Positions 1 through 11,820 of a stretch of DNA of 61,134 nucleotides are shown one piece after another. The stretch is taken from contig NIVC01002469.1 of assembly GCA_002269645.1 (NCBI GenBank), forward strand, positions 1 to 61,134, given 5' to 3'. The stretch comes from Macrostomum lignano (lineage: Eukaryota). The stretch's first letter is position 1. Each line of letters starts with the position of its first letter. Below the pieces are notes generated by a model that saw only the letters and a program-made list of their open reading frames with translations, was not told where the DNA came from and made no database searches. The translations under genes and the position numbers were made by a program.

Positions 1-817
1 GGATAAGAGAGGAAAGAGCGGATAAGGGAGGAGAGCGGATAAGTGAGGAAGAGCGGATAAGAGAGGAAAGCGGATAAGGGAAGGAGAGCGGATAAGTGAG
101 GAGAGAGCGATAAGGGAGGAGAGAGCGGATAAGGGAGAGAGTGAATAAGAGAGCGGATAAGTGAGGAGAGAGTGGATAAGGTAGGACAGAGCGGGTAAGG
201 GAGGAGAGAGCGGATTCGATGATGGAGAGAGCGGATTCGATGATGGAGAGAGCGGATTCGATGAAGGAGAGAGTGGATTCGATGATGGAGAGAGCGGATT
301 CGATGATGGAGAGAGCGGATTCGATGATGGAGGAGCGGATTCGATGATGGAGAGAGCGGATTCGATGAAGGAGAGAGTGGATTCGATGAAGGAGAGAGTG
401 GATTCGATGATGGAGAGAGCGGATTCGATGATGGAGGGAGCGGATTCGATGATGGAGAGAGCGGATTAGATTATGGAGAGAGCGGATTCGATGATGGAGA
501 GAGCGGATTCGATGATGGAGAGAGCGGATTCGATGATGGAGAGAGCGGATTCGATGATGGAGAGAGCGGATTCGATGATGGAGAGAGCGGATTCGATGTA
601 GGAGAGAGTGGATTCGATGAAGGAGAGAGTGGATTCGATGATGGAGAGAGCGGATTCGATGATGGAGAGAGCGGATTCGATGATGGAGAGAGCGGATTCG
701 ATGATGGAGAGAGCGGGTTCGATGATGGAGAGAGCGGATTCGATGATGTAGAGAGCGGATTCGATGATGGAGAGAGCGGATTCGATGATGGAGAGAGCGG
801 ATTCGATGATGGAGAGC
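1..817. repeat. Purine-rich minisatellite; 21-bp unit GATGATGGAGAGAGCGGATTC from ~215, degenerate units before
   Basis: Direct tandem repetition; explains ORFs 466..972 and 471..959. Confidence 0.95.
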
Positions 818-2959
818 AATAGGTAAAAAGTTCCAAACCAAAAAGATGGCAGTTTCCATTCCTGCTGCTGACCGAATTTCTCAAGCGCTCTCGATTGCTC
901 ACAAAATGCGGTGGGAAATGACTGAAAGTCATAGGAGAGCAGATGGAGAACTTCTTCACAACCCGTCTCCACCCTGCCTGCCGCTTTCAGAGTTCAAGAA
1001 GATGATGCTGGTAATGCAGCAACGGGCGAGAACCACTGCTAAGCCAACAGTCCCCCCTCCTCTCCTGATCCCCAGCAATGAATCTGTGCTCCCTCCGCTG
1101 TCTCCTCGGCCTCGGGCCTTGAGCAGATTTTCACCTCATTTTGGCCTGTTGCGCCCGTAGACCCCACCGGCTCCCCCAGTCCCTGATTAGGTACGAATTA
1201 ATTAACGCAATCTGCGGTGTCTCTGGCCGTCCTTCAGCAGCTCCACTTCCCCGCTCCCTTCATCGCGGCCTTCTCGCGGCCGCCCCGTGTTAATTTCCTC
1301 TCTGTGCACTTATAGCAAATCTGGATCGCATTGCAATATTGCGTATATTCCTGTCTTTGTGTTTTTTCTCTCTCCTTTTTACTCTCTAATTAATCTACTG
1401 TTAGTAGCAATTGATGCTAATCACCGTTTCCTAATACTTCGGCAATCATTCTGACTCATTTATTTTATGGCTGCTGCCGCAATCCGTGTAATAATAATTA
1501 TTTTTCCACGTGCAATTATGGACGAAGTATTTTAATTAAACACCTGGCTGATTTTAATTGGCTGGAATTGGCTCTGTACATTGAGAAACCCATTGGAAAG
1601 GCTTCCGCGTACATAGCGGTGCCCTTCAAAATCTGGCCTTGTCCTCCAGTGTACATCGAGCAACATGTACTTTTCCTCCCCCAGCCCCCATTAATTATGA
1701 ATCTCAATCAGTTTGGCCAGGCGTTTATTGAGCCAATCGTCCAGCTTTGCGGACAGAATTTTCATTATTAAAAATTATAAACTTTTCTATTCCTCCTACT
1801 AAAAAACGGGTAGTCTTCTACACTACTCGCAGTAGCTTGCGCCATCTGTTTATATTTATACAAAAAGATTGTAAAATTGATTCAGCATATTTTGGGTGTC
1901 CCCTGCCCCCCCTCCCCCCGAGACCTCACAGAGATATTTTCTGGACTTAAATTCCATTAGAATTTGTACTACTTATTTTCTTGATAAATCATTCTTCTTT
2001 TTTCATGCATTGAATTGTCTTCATCTGCAGTCTCGGCACACATGTGGATTTTCGGCTTTTCATTCCTCTTCTAGCCATTCTGCCCTTTTGTTGCGGGGCA
2101 ACCATTCAACTACAAAATTAATAATGTAATCACAAATGATTACATTAGCGGCAACCTGTAAATACGGTCTCCTATCTGTTTTATACTATCTTTCTCCTAT
2201 ATAAGTGGACTGTTTGGCCCAGCCGCCTGCTCTCCCCAATATTTTCTGTCCCTGCACGCTAATTATCATAATTATTCATAGCGATTCGATAATAACTCCA
2301 TTACAATAGCAGATATTTAATATTCCTGTTTTACTGTACCGCCTGCTACTCTCTAGTTACCGATTTCCGCGCACCTGCCTGCGGCTCTGCTTTTCTACTG
2401 TTCATCTCAGCTGTTGTATTTATTTTTCCATTGTCTGAATTTCACAAATCGCTGTTTTTTCGCTCTGTTGGTTCAGATTTTGTGTCTATTTTTCCATCTC
2501 TTCTCTCTGTCTCTGCGCACAGCCAGCCGCTGTCCTTTGTTTCCTCTGCAACTCTGCTCGACTACTCTCGTCTGCTGCCAAGCCAGTAGTATGAGAGAGT
2601 TGTTTCAAACCTCGCATAATTTTATTCATTAGGCAATAATCTTGACCCCCAATATATGAGGGCATTGCGCTAGCAACTCCGTTTTATTTTCTGCGGAATA
2701 ATGTCCTGCGAGCGCTAACTTCTGATCGGGAGCCTCTCTTTTTATTTTTTCTTTCTATAATTTGCGATGCAGTACAACTGAAGCTGCTCGGCATGCCTGG
2801 CTGCAGCAGCTGCATGCAGTGTCGATTTTGCAACATACACCGATTAGCGAATGGGTGCGCGTTTGGCAAAGTATTTTCTAACTCTGTCACCATTGCAATT
2901 GCCGCCTTTGAGAGATCGGTCTTCGATCTTTTTTGTTCTCTATTTACATTTGTGCAGTC

Positions 2960-3640
2960 AATTCGTCTCCCCAACCCTCTCCACTGTGTGTGGTGCAGGA
3001 GAACTCGTCTCTCCAAGCCCCACACCGTGTGTACATTAGTGCAGGAAAACTCGTTTCTCCAACCCCCCACACTCCGTGTACATTGGTGCAGGAAAACTCG
3101 TTTCTCCAACCCCCCACACCGTTGTACATTGGTGCAGGAAAACTCGTTTCTCCAACCCCCACCACACCCTCTGTACATTGGTGCAGGGAACTCGTTTCTC
3201 CAACCCCCAAACTCTGTACATTGGTGCAGGAAAACTCGTTTCTCCAACCCCCACCCTCTGTAGATTGGTGCAGGAAAACTCATCTCTTTAACCACCCACT
3301 GTGTGTACATTGGTGCAGGAAAACTCGTTTCTCCAACCCCCACCACACCCTCTGTACATTGGTGCAGGGAACTCGTTTCTCCATCCCCACACCCTCTGTA
3401 CATTGGTGCAGGGAACTCGTTTCTCCATCCCCACACCCTCTGTACATTGATGCAGGGAACTCGTTTCTCCATCCCCACACCCTCTGTACATTGATGCAGG
3501 GAACTCGTTTCTCCATCCCCACACCCTCTGTACATTGGTGCAGGAAAACTCTTCTCTCCAACCACCCACTGTGTGTACATCGGTGCAGGAAAAGTGATCA
3601 CCCCAGAGCCTCCTCTGCATGCACACTGGTGCAGGAAAAG
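2960..3640. repeat. ~40-46-bp minisatellite (CTCTGTACATTGGTGCAGGAAAACTCGTTTCTCCAACCCCCACACC)
   Basis: Tandem imperfect copies; source of many overlapping repetitive ORFs. Confidence 0.93.
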
Positions 3641-4217
3641 TTGTTATTCTTTCATCAACCAGTCGAAGAAGACAATGCGATGCAGCGTATGAGTTGTGTA
3701 CAACTAAACAACAAAATCAAGAACACAGAAAGATGCAATCCAGTCCTCCTCAATTGAATGCCACGGATACGACAGCAAGGAAATAATAAGTAGTGTTTGA
3801 ACATATAATGTTGGAGTTCAATATTATCATTTTTAAGTACTGAGCTATTCGTGGGTAGTTAATTACTCGCAGTTGTTAAATAAAGCTTCAATTACTTTCA
3901 AAAATTAACTAATTAAAATTCCTATGCACACTATAACTGTCTACGCTATGCGCGAGGTTGCTCGCAGTAGTCGAAATGATTAAAAATTGAATAGTGAAGA
4001 TGGCGCTCTGGCTTGCTCATGAGTAGTATCTTGTACGTATCGTTAAAGTGTTCACGTAAAGCAATTTATCGTACAATAATAATCGCGTGCGGTCGGTTAA
4101 AATATTGTCTCACTGCTAAAATCATAATCTATGTCTCCGTGCTACGGCATTGCTCATCGAGATGGGCAGGTCCGAGTCCGAGTCAGGCCGGGTCAGGTCA
4201 GGTCAAGCCAGGTGAAA

Positions 4218-4427
4218 TCACCTGTACTGCGGAAATTGAGTGCTGCCAGTGGCGGGCACGGGGCCGGGTTCGCATTTCTCCCACTCCACTGGGAACTGCT
4301 GGTCCGCCTCGGCGGAGAAAGCGTTTCCGCCGGACAGCACCGGCGGCGGCGGCACCGGCGGCGGCACCTTGTTGTCGATGTTGTGCGTCTGGTACTGGGC
4401 GGGCTTCTGGCCCCCCATCACCAGGCC
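4218..4427 (-). CDS. VMAT: VMAT exon 10 (last; GLVMGGQKPAQYQ...QFPQYR*)
   Basis: Acceptor CCCGCAG|GGC in phase 0; 70 codons including stop; continues ...PPARMEDR as in the VMAT2 tail PPAKEEKM|AILM. Confidence 0.75.
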   Translation of the reverse strand, partial: GLVMGGQKPAQYQTHNIDNKVPPPVPPPPVLSGGNAFSAEADQQFPVEWEKCEPGPVPATGSTQFPQYR

Positions 4428-4439
4428 CTGCGGGTTTTT

Positions 4440-5190
4440 GCTGGCTGTGTACATAGGGGAGAACCACCCCACTCCAGCCCTGCTGCCTGTGTACATTGGG
4501 GACAACCACCCCAGCCCTGCTGCCTGTGTACATTGGGGAGAACCACCCCAGCCCTGCCGGCTGTGTACATTGGGGAGAACCACCCCACCCCAGCCCTGCT
4601 GCCTGTGTACATTGGGGAGAACCACCCCAGCCCTGCCGGCTGTGTACATTGGGGAGAACCACCCCAGCCCTGCCGGCTGTGTAGATAGGGGAGAACCACC
4701 CCAGCCCTGCTGGCTGCGTACATTGGGGAGAACCACCCCAGCCCTGCCGGCTGTGTACATTGGGGAGAACCACCCCAGCCCTGCCGGCTGCGTACATTGG
4801 GGAGAACCACCCCAGCCCTGCCGGCTGTGTACATTGGGGAGAACCACCCCAGCCCTGCCGGCTGCGTACATTGGGGAGAACCACCCCAGCCCTGCCGGCT
4901 GTGTACATTGGGGAGAACCACCCCAGCCCTGCTGGCTGCGTACATTGGGGAGAACCACCCCAGCCCTGCCGGCTGTGTACATTGGGGAGAACCACCTCAG
5001 TCCTGCTGGCTGTGTACATTGGGGAGAACCACCCCAGCCCTGCTAGCTGTGTACTTTGGGGAGAACCACCCCAGCCCTGCTGGCTGTGTACATTGGGGAG
5101 AACCACCCCACCCCAGCCCTGCTGCCTGTGTACATTGGGGAGAACCACCCCAGCCCTGCCGGCTGTGTACATTGGGGAGAACCACCCCAG
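4440..5190. repeat. ~37-bp minisatellite (CTGTGTACATTGGGGAGAACCACCCCAGCCCTGCCGG) filling most of VMAT intron 9
   Basis: Tandem copies. Confidence 0.95.
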
Positions 5191-5282
5191 CGAAAGTCCA
5201 TGTCGGAGGGAAAATCCCTACTGTAAATCCCTAATTTTGTCACGATGTGCCGCTGATGAAAGGCGTTTTAAAATTGTCTTAC

Positions 5283-5416
5283 GCGATCCTCCATGCGTGC
5301 CGGCGGGTCCCTGAGGAAGTAGTGCAGCGGGGCGTAGATGAATGCGATGATGGCGATGGACCACATCATCCAGCGGAACCCCATCATCTTGACGATGCTG
5401 CCGCTCAGAGCCGGGC
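5283..5416 (-). CDS. VMAT: VMAT exon 9 (GPALSGSIVKMMGFRWMMWSIAIIAFIYAPLHYFLRDPPARMEDR)
   Basis: CCAG acceptor, GTAAGA donor, phases 1/0; matches VMAT TM11-12. Confidence 0.92.
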
Positions 5417-5664
5417 CTGGTGATTCGTTTAAGACGCGGTTTCAAGGCTTTTGTACGGCACAGAACTACCATCAGATGAGTCTTTCCCTCAATTACTTGC
5501 TCCATCAACTACACTTCTCCACCCATCACCTCACTCCACCACCGCCCCAAGGACCACTAGTAGTCCAGGAGTCCTTGCATCCACCCCAATCCGATGCTCC
5601 TTCACCCCTCTTGCGCAAACACCAGAGTTCTCGCGCCCTCCCGTTCTCTCCGCTCCGTACGCAC

Positions 5665-5848
5665 CGACCGCAAAGCCGAGGCAGAAGGCGATGTCGGCGA
5701 TCGCGTAGACGCTGCCATAGACGGAGACGTGGCGCAGGTCGACCAGGTAGCCCATGAGCGGCATCATTGAGGAGTCCACCATGCCGATGGCGAAGCCCAG
5801 GCCGAAGTTTGGCACCACCAAGTGGCCCAAGGAATTAGCGAACGGGAT
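5665..5848 (-). CDS. VMAT: VMAT exon 8 ([61 protein letters not shown])
   Basis: Near-identical to the VMAT signature [27 protein letters not shown]; canonical splice sites. Confidence 0.97.
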
Positions 5849-5965
5849 CTGGGCAGTGACAATAATGGATTAGTATGCTCAAAATGCTGGCCAAATTCGC
5901 AAAAAACAACATTACGAGCGTATTTTTGGCTACCTACGCTCGTAAAAGGAATTCAATGCACTCAC

Positions 5966-6017
5966 AATTATTAAGCAGACGCCCATGATGACCATGCCGA
6001 GACCGGCGCTCAGCCAT
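5966..6017 (-). CDS. VMAT: VMAT exon 7 (RWLSAGLGMVIMGVCLII)
   Basis: TTTCAG acceptor, GTGAGT donor, phases 2/0; matches VMAT RWLCALLGMII. Confidence 0.93.
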
Positions 6018-6042
6018 CTGAAATAGAGGTTGGATCAGGCTG

Positions 6043-6256
6043 GGCGGAGTGAGGTGGCTGTGCGGAGTGAGGTGGCTGTGCGGAGTGAGGTGGCTGTGCG
6101 GAGTGGGGTGGCTGTGCGGAGTGAGGTGGCTGTGCGGAGTGAGGTGGCTGTGCGGAGTGAGGTGGCTGTGCGGAGTGAGGTGGCTGTGCGGAGTGAGGTG
6201 GCTGTGCGGAGTGAGGTGGCTGTGCGGAGTGAGGTGGCTGTGCGGAGTGAGGTGCG
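6043..6256. repeat. 18-bp minisatellite GCGGAGTGAGGTGGCTGT in VMAT intron 6
   Basis: ~12 near-perfect copies. Confidence 0.95.
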
Positions 6257-6401
6257 GACATATTTCATGCAGCTTCAACCCCAGTTGGTTCCATAGTTAG
6301 GGCCGCGAGGACGCAAGTAGTCCTGCCCATTCCGCTGTTTTCGTCTACAAGCTCCAAGTCGAACTCGATTGCATTGGCCCGAGAAAGAGTCGCGCCCTCA
6401 C

Positions 6402-6678
6402 CTGCCAATCCGGAAGGCGAGCGCGCCAAACAGGTTGGTGCCGATCAGGTAGGAGATGGAGCACGGCAAGAAGGCGACCCCCTGCTCCCACTTCTGCGCC
6501 CGCATGGTGTCCTTCATCCAGATAGGCAATGACGGCTCCAGCATGGCGATGCCCATGTTGCCGAAGGTGATGCTGCCGGCGGCCAGCAGGATGTAGGGGT
6601 CGCGCAGCAAGTTTTTCAGCGGGGCGCCTTCTTGCGCCTCGCGCCGGACTCCGGGCTTCAGCACCAGCAGTTGCAGCA
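6402..6678 (-). CDS. VMAT: VMAT exon 6 (LQLLVLKP...[32 protein letters not shown]...[13 protein letters not shown])
   Basis: Clear VMAT TM7-8 motifs (DPYIL, MLEP.LPIWM); canonical splice sites. Confidence 0.97.
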
Positions 6679-6788
6679 CTACGAAAGTTCAAAAAAGGGT
6701 GTTGAAATGGTTAAGTTGCTTCCTATAAAATCTGCATCGCCCTACTAACAGTCCGGCTAGTCAGTAGTGCAATCTGCGCATGACTCAC

Positions 6789-6878
6789 CGCCGTCCAGCA
6801 GAGCGAGGCCGGCCAGCAGCAGGAAGGCGGCCTCCTTGCTGACGAACTGGTACATCAGGCCGCCGAATGGAGGCCCGA
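6789..6878 (-). CDS. VMAT: VMAT exon 5 ([30 protein letters not shown])
   Basis: GPPFG motif; CCAG and GTGAGT sites, phases 1/1. Confidence 0.95.
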
Positions 6879-7239
6879 CTGGCGGAGCGGGGCGGAGGGC
6901 GGAGGTTTGAGTGGTTGGGGATGCTGGCTGGCAGCGGCAGTCCAATGCAAATTCTGAGAGCTCAGAGACACAACAGCGAATCTAATGGCGTCTATAGAAA
7001 AACTAAATATGACTAGCGCTTGTTTTTAGTAAGAAAATGTTATTGAAGCCGAATTTAAGCCTCGAAAATTGGTCGAAATTTGCTTTACATTATTGATGCT
7101 CTTGCTACTGGAAATTATCAAACGCATAGACAGGGCTTGGAGCGAATCTCTGCCGCTCAAGGGGGTGCGCTTGCAGTTAGTGCGAAATTGGCAGCTCTAT
7201 ATGCTAGAGTCAGCACGAGTAGTCAGATAAATGCGCTGC

Positions 7240-7573
<334 letters not shown>

Positions 7574-7583
7574 CCAATCTCAC

Positions 7584-7676
7584 CCAGCACTCCCATGGCG
7601 AGCCCGCCCAGAGCCAGGCTCATGGCCTGGCCCCTCTCCTTGTCGTCCGGGTACTGAGTGGCCAGCATGCCCAGTC
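7584..7676 (-). CDS. VMAT: VMAT exon 4b ([31 protein letters not shown]), 93 nt
   Basis: CCAG acceptor, GTGAGA donor, phases 1/1; homologous to VMAT2 [31 protein letters not shown]. Confidence 0.95.
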
Positions 7677-7947
7677 CTGGTCAGGGTTTGATGGTCGTGT
7701 CAGGAAAAAGCCTCTTGAGTTTTTTTAACGACGGTCAGAGCAAATAAATAAAAACGAAAAAGACAGTTGCCTACTAAAATCGAGGTTCAAGGGCAAATTG
7801 AAGAATAATGCTGAAAATCAAGTTCAATCCAGCAGATAAAATGCTTTAAGTGCTTTGAAACTGAAACGAAATAAAAATGTAAGACTCTTGTGCTTTAAAC
7901 AGAAGATTTTGGAGGAAGGCGGGATTCTGTCCCAGCATTCAATGCAC

Positions 7948-8040
7948 CCATGACTCCGAATGCCAAGCCGCTCAGCGCGATGCCGAGGGCGCGGCCTCGC
8001 TCCCCGTCCTCCGTGTAGATGGCTGCCACCATGCCCATGC
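7948..8040 (-). CDS. VMAT: VMAT exon 4a (GMGMVAAIYTEDGERGRALGIALSGLAFGVM), 93 nt; paralogous to exon 4b
   Basis: GCAAG acceptor, GTGCAT donor; same length and phases as 4b; open frame; 17/31 aa identical to 4b. Confidence 0.88.
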
Positions 8041-8074
8041 CTTGCGGGTTCAACAGATCATTAATAGCATTAAT

Positions 8075-8640
8075 ACTGACGGAGCGGAGTGGGGTGGGTG
8101 GGTGACTGGAGTGAGGTGGGGGCTGGAATGAGGTGGGGGTGGAGTGAGGTGGGTGACGGTATTGAGGTGCGTGACGGTATTGAGGTGGGTGACGAGAGTG
8201 AGATGGAGGACTGGAGTGATGTGGGGGGCTGGAGTGAGGTGTCGGGGCTGAAGTGAGGTGGGGTGGAGTGAGATGGGGGACTGGGTGAGGTGGGTGACGG
8301 TAGTGAGGTGGATGACTGGAGTGAGATGGGTGACGGTAGTGAGGTAAGTGACTGGAGTGAGGTGGGTAGCTGGAGTGAGGGGGTGGTTGGAGTGAGATGG
8401 AGGACTGGAGTGAGGTGGGTAGCTGGAGTGAGGGGGTGGTTGGAGTGAGATGGAGGACTGGAGTGAGGTGGGGGGCTGGGGTGAGGTAGGTGGCTGGAGT
8501 GAGGTGGGGGGGCTGGGGTGAGGTGGGTGGTTGGAGTGAGGTGGGTGGCTGGAGTGAGAGGTAGTTGGAGTGAGATAGGGGACTGGAGTGAAGTGGGTGG
8601 CTGGAGGGAGGTGGGTGGCTGGGATGAGGTGGGTGGGTTG
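8075..8640. repeat. Degenerate GGAGTGAGGTGGG minisatellite in VMAT intron 3
   Basis: Direct. Confidence 0.88.
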
Positions 8641-8814
8641 TTATTAGCTTGACAATGAGTCTTTTTGTAAGATAATAAACTGCAGATTCTGATGCCTTTC
8701 AATTGGCTTAGGGGACATTTAAATCCTCGTATTTTGGCAAAGCTTCTCAAATACCATCGACAGTGAGGCTTACAGGTATAATAGTTGGGTTTCCTAGACA
8801 AATGACGCCCTCAC

Positions 8815-8898
8815 CTGAAACGCTGGAACAGGCGGACCCGATGCCCTGAATGGCCCGGGCAACGAACAGGACACCATAGGACTCGCCGAATGCGAAAA
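8815..8898 (-). CDS. VMAT: VMAT exon 3 ([27 protein letters not shown])
   Basis: MFS/VMAT TM4 motif AR.IQGIGS.CSSV; canonical sites. Confidence 0.96.
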
Positions 8899-8979
8899 CT
8901 GAAAGCAGAGGCGAGGGTGGCTGCGGTGCTGCTGTGCACTCTGAGCGATTTGCAACCCCAAGGACCCCGCCATGCTCAC

Positions 8980-9504
8980 TGATAGTGGAGATGAACATGA
9001 TGACGAATCCGGAGAACATGGGAATTGAGTAGCCGATGCGGTTAGTGAGCGGCCCCACAAACGGATTCACCATGAGCTGCATGACAGACTTGGCCGCGAA
9101 CATCAACCCAACGTGGATGTTCATCTCCACCAGCTGCTCGTGCCGCCAGTTGTCCGCCTCAACGAAGCAGTCGTGGATCTTGGAGTCGTTGAGCCGAATG
9201 TACTTCACGTGCTCAACGAAGTACCTGTCCGCGTGCAGCACCGGCATGCGGCCGTAAAACCGGTGAAAGCCGCCGCCTTCCCCGGGCCCGCGGCCGCCAC
9301 CGCCGCTGCCGAACTCGCCAGCGACAGACTGGTGGCCCTTCCTGGCCGCCTCGGCCACCCACTGGGCGAACTGGTCCGTGGAGTTGTTGAACAGGTGCGA
9401 GTGGCGGGCCGCGATCGTCTCGTTCTTGGCCAGCTGGATGCACTCGGCGGTGTAGTTGTAGTCCCGGTGCCGGATGTACCACAGGAAGTCCGGGATGATT
9501 GGCA
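8980..9504 (-). CDS. VMAT: VMAT exon 2 (VPIIPDFL...large lumenal loop...[43 protein letters not shown])
   Basis: VPIIP and [13 protein letters not shown] motifs; N-glycosylation sequons in the loop; GCAG and GTGAGC sites. Confidence 0.96.
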
Positions 9505-9629
9505 CTGCGGGTGGCCCGTTTTTATTGGTAAATAAGCCTATCGCCACCTCGCAAAGTTCAGAATGTACTTAAAAAGTCGAAATAGCCGCTCTTCTCTTTT
9601 CCTCGACCCCTTCTCCATCTTGTCAGCTT

Positions 9630-10660
9630 TTTTGCTCCTCTCTCTCCCTGACCCTCTCTCTCCCTGACCCTCTCTCCCCGGCCCTCTCTCTCCCCTGTCC
9701 CTCTCTCTCCCTGACCCTCTCTCTCCCTGTCTCTCTCTCTCCCTGACCCTCTCTCTCCCTGTCTCTCTCTCTCCCTGACCCTCTCTCTCCCTGTCCCTCT
9801 CTCTCCCTGACCCTCTCTCTCCCTGTCTCTCTCTCTCCCTGACCCTCTCTCTCCCTGTCCCTCTCTCTCCCTGACCCTCTCTCTCCCTGTCCCTCTCTCT
9901 CCCTGACCCTCTCTCTCCCTGACCCTCTCTCCCCTGTCCTTCTCTCTCCCCGGCCCTCTCTCTCCCCTGTCCCTCTCCCCTGTCCCCCTCTCTCCCCGGC
10001 CCTCTCTCTCCCCTGTCCCCCTCTCTCCCTGTCCCTCCCTCTCCCTGTCCCTCCCTCTCCCTGTCCCTCTCTCTCCCCTGTCCCTCTCTCTCCCTGACCC
10101 TCTCTCTCCCTGTCTCTCTCTCTCCCTGACCCTCTCTCTCCCTGTCCCTCTCTCTCCCTGACCCTCTCTCTCCCTGTCCCTCTCTCTCCCTGACCCTCTC
10201 TCTCCCTGACCCTCTCTCCCCTGTCCTTCTCTCTCCCCGGCCCTCTCTCTCCCCTGTCCCTCTCCCCTGTCCCCCTCTCTCCCCGGCCCTCTCTCTCCCC
10301 TGTCTTCCTCTCTCCCTGTCCCTCCCTCTCCCTGTCCCTCCCTCTCCCTGTCCCTTTCTCTCCCCGGCCCTCTCTCTGTCCCCCTCTCTCCCCGGCCCTC
10401 TCTCTCCCCTGTCCCCCTCTCTCCCTGTCCCTCCCTCTCCCTGTCCCTCCCTCTCCCTGTCCCTTTCTCTCCCCGGCCCTCTCTCTGTCCCTCTCTCTCC
10501 CTGTCCCTCTCTCTCCCTGTCCCTCCCTCTCCCTGACCCTCTCCCTGTCCCTCTCTCTCCCTGACCCCCTCTCTCTCCCTGTCCCTCTCTCTCCCTGTCC
10601 CTCCCTCTCCCTGACCCTCTCCCTGTCCCTCTCTCTCCCTGACCCCCTCTCTCTCTCCAT
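9630..10660. repeat. CT-rich minisatellite (CCCTGTCCCTCTCTCT-like) in VMAT intron 1
   Basis: Direct; source of RE/RG-rich spurious ORFs. Confidence 0.93.
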
Positions 10661-11272
10661 GTCCCTCTCTCTCTGTTACTCTTTATCCCATCTCTCTCTA
10701 CTCTCTCTATCTCTATCTCCATTTTCTTATATTTTCTCCCATCTCTCTCCCTCCTCTACTTCTGTCTCTGCTTTGATGAGGAATATCCAAAAGCTGTCTT
10801 CACCGAGTCAGTGCTATGGAATTGATGGTCCATCCTTTGTCGCTCTCCTCTCCCTCTCTTTCCTTCTCCATCTCTCTGGCTCTTATAATATCTGATACTC
10901 GTATTTGTATTAAGACCTTTAATCCAATTTTAACAGCTATTTTTCGAGCATTTAAAGAACGCATTTCTAGTCAATGCTTTGCGCCTCTGAAATCTCCTTG
11001 CCTCGCTTCTCTTGTCTTGTCTTGGCCGCCCCCGCCCCGGCCTGGGAGGAGGCTGGCAGGCCCGGGGCAATCACGGGCCGGAGGAAATGATGCAGGAAGC
11101 TGTTGCCCCACGGTCCAGCGCGCTTGCATCGGGTCTTTGCGATCGACTTCTTTATAAGTTCTTTTTTGTTGGGCCATATTGGACAACACTCTTAGATTAA
11201 GACTTTACTCTGATATTCATTGCAGTCTGCTTTTCGCTGCAGCACGCAGTAGCAAAATAGATAAAGGCATCT

Positions 11273-11294
11273 ACAGACAGACAGACAGACACAA

Positions 11295-11343
<49 letters not shown>

Positions 11344-11344
11344 C

Positions 11345-11379
<35 letters not shown>

Positions 11380-11435
11380 GGCAGGCAGGCAGACAGACAG
11401 ATAGACAGACAGACAGACCAGACAGACAGACACTA

Positions 11436-11494
<59 letters not shown>

Positions 11495-11512
11495 AGACAG
11501 ACAAACAAACAA

Positions 11513-11555
<43 letters not shown>

Positions 11556-11558
11556 CTA

Positions 11559-11656
<98 letters not shown>

Positions 11657-11658
11657 GC

Positions 11659-11703
<45 letters not shown>

Positions 11704-11706
11704 CTA

Positions 11707-11739
<33 letters not shown>

Positions 11740-11783
11740 CTCAGACAGACAGACAAACACAGACAGACAGACAAACAGACAGG

Positions 11784-11815
<32 letters not shown>
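11273..11815. repeat. (CAGA)n microsatellite abutting the VMAT exon 1 donor
   Basis: Direct. Confidence 0.97.
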
Positions 11816-11816
<1 letters not shown>

Positions 11817-11820
11817 TCAC

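Noticed and set aside
466-972. SIIESAL-repeat ORFs
   Set aside because: Translations of the 21-bp minisatellite; no start context or domain.
846-2632. Short moderately GC-rich ORFs and exon-like stretches (846-1160 plus; ~850-1300 and ~2380-2570 minus)
   Set aside because: Frames are interrupted by stops, no consistent splice chain and no recognisable homology; a degenerate gene cannot be excluded.
2684-5314. Long overlapping ORFs in both directions; CRISPR-like regularity
   Set aside because: Repeats are contiguous with no unique spacers and lie in or next to introns of a eukaryotic gene; no cas genes.
9538-10722. RE/RG-rich 345-394 aa ORFs
   Set aside because: Products of the CT-rich intronic minisatellite in VMAT intron 1.
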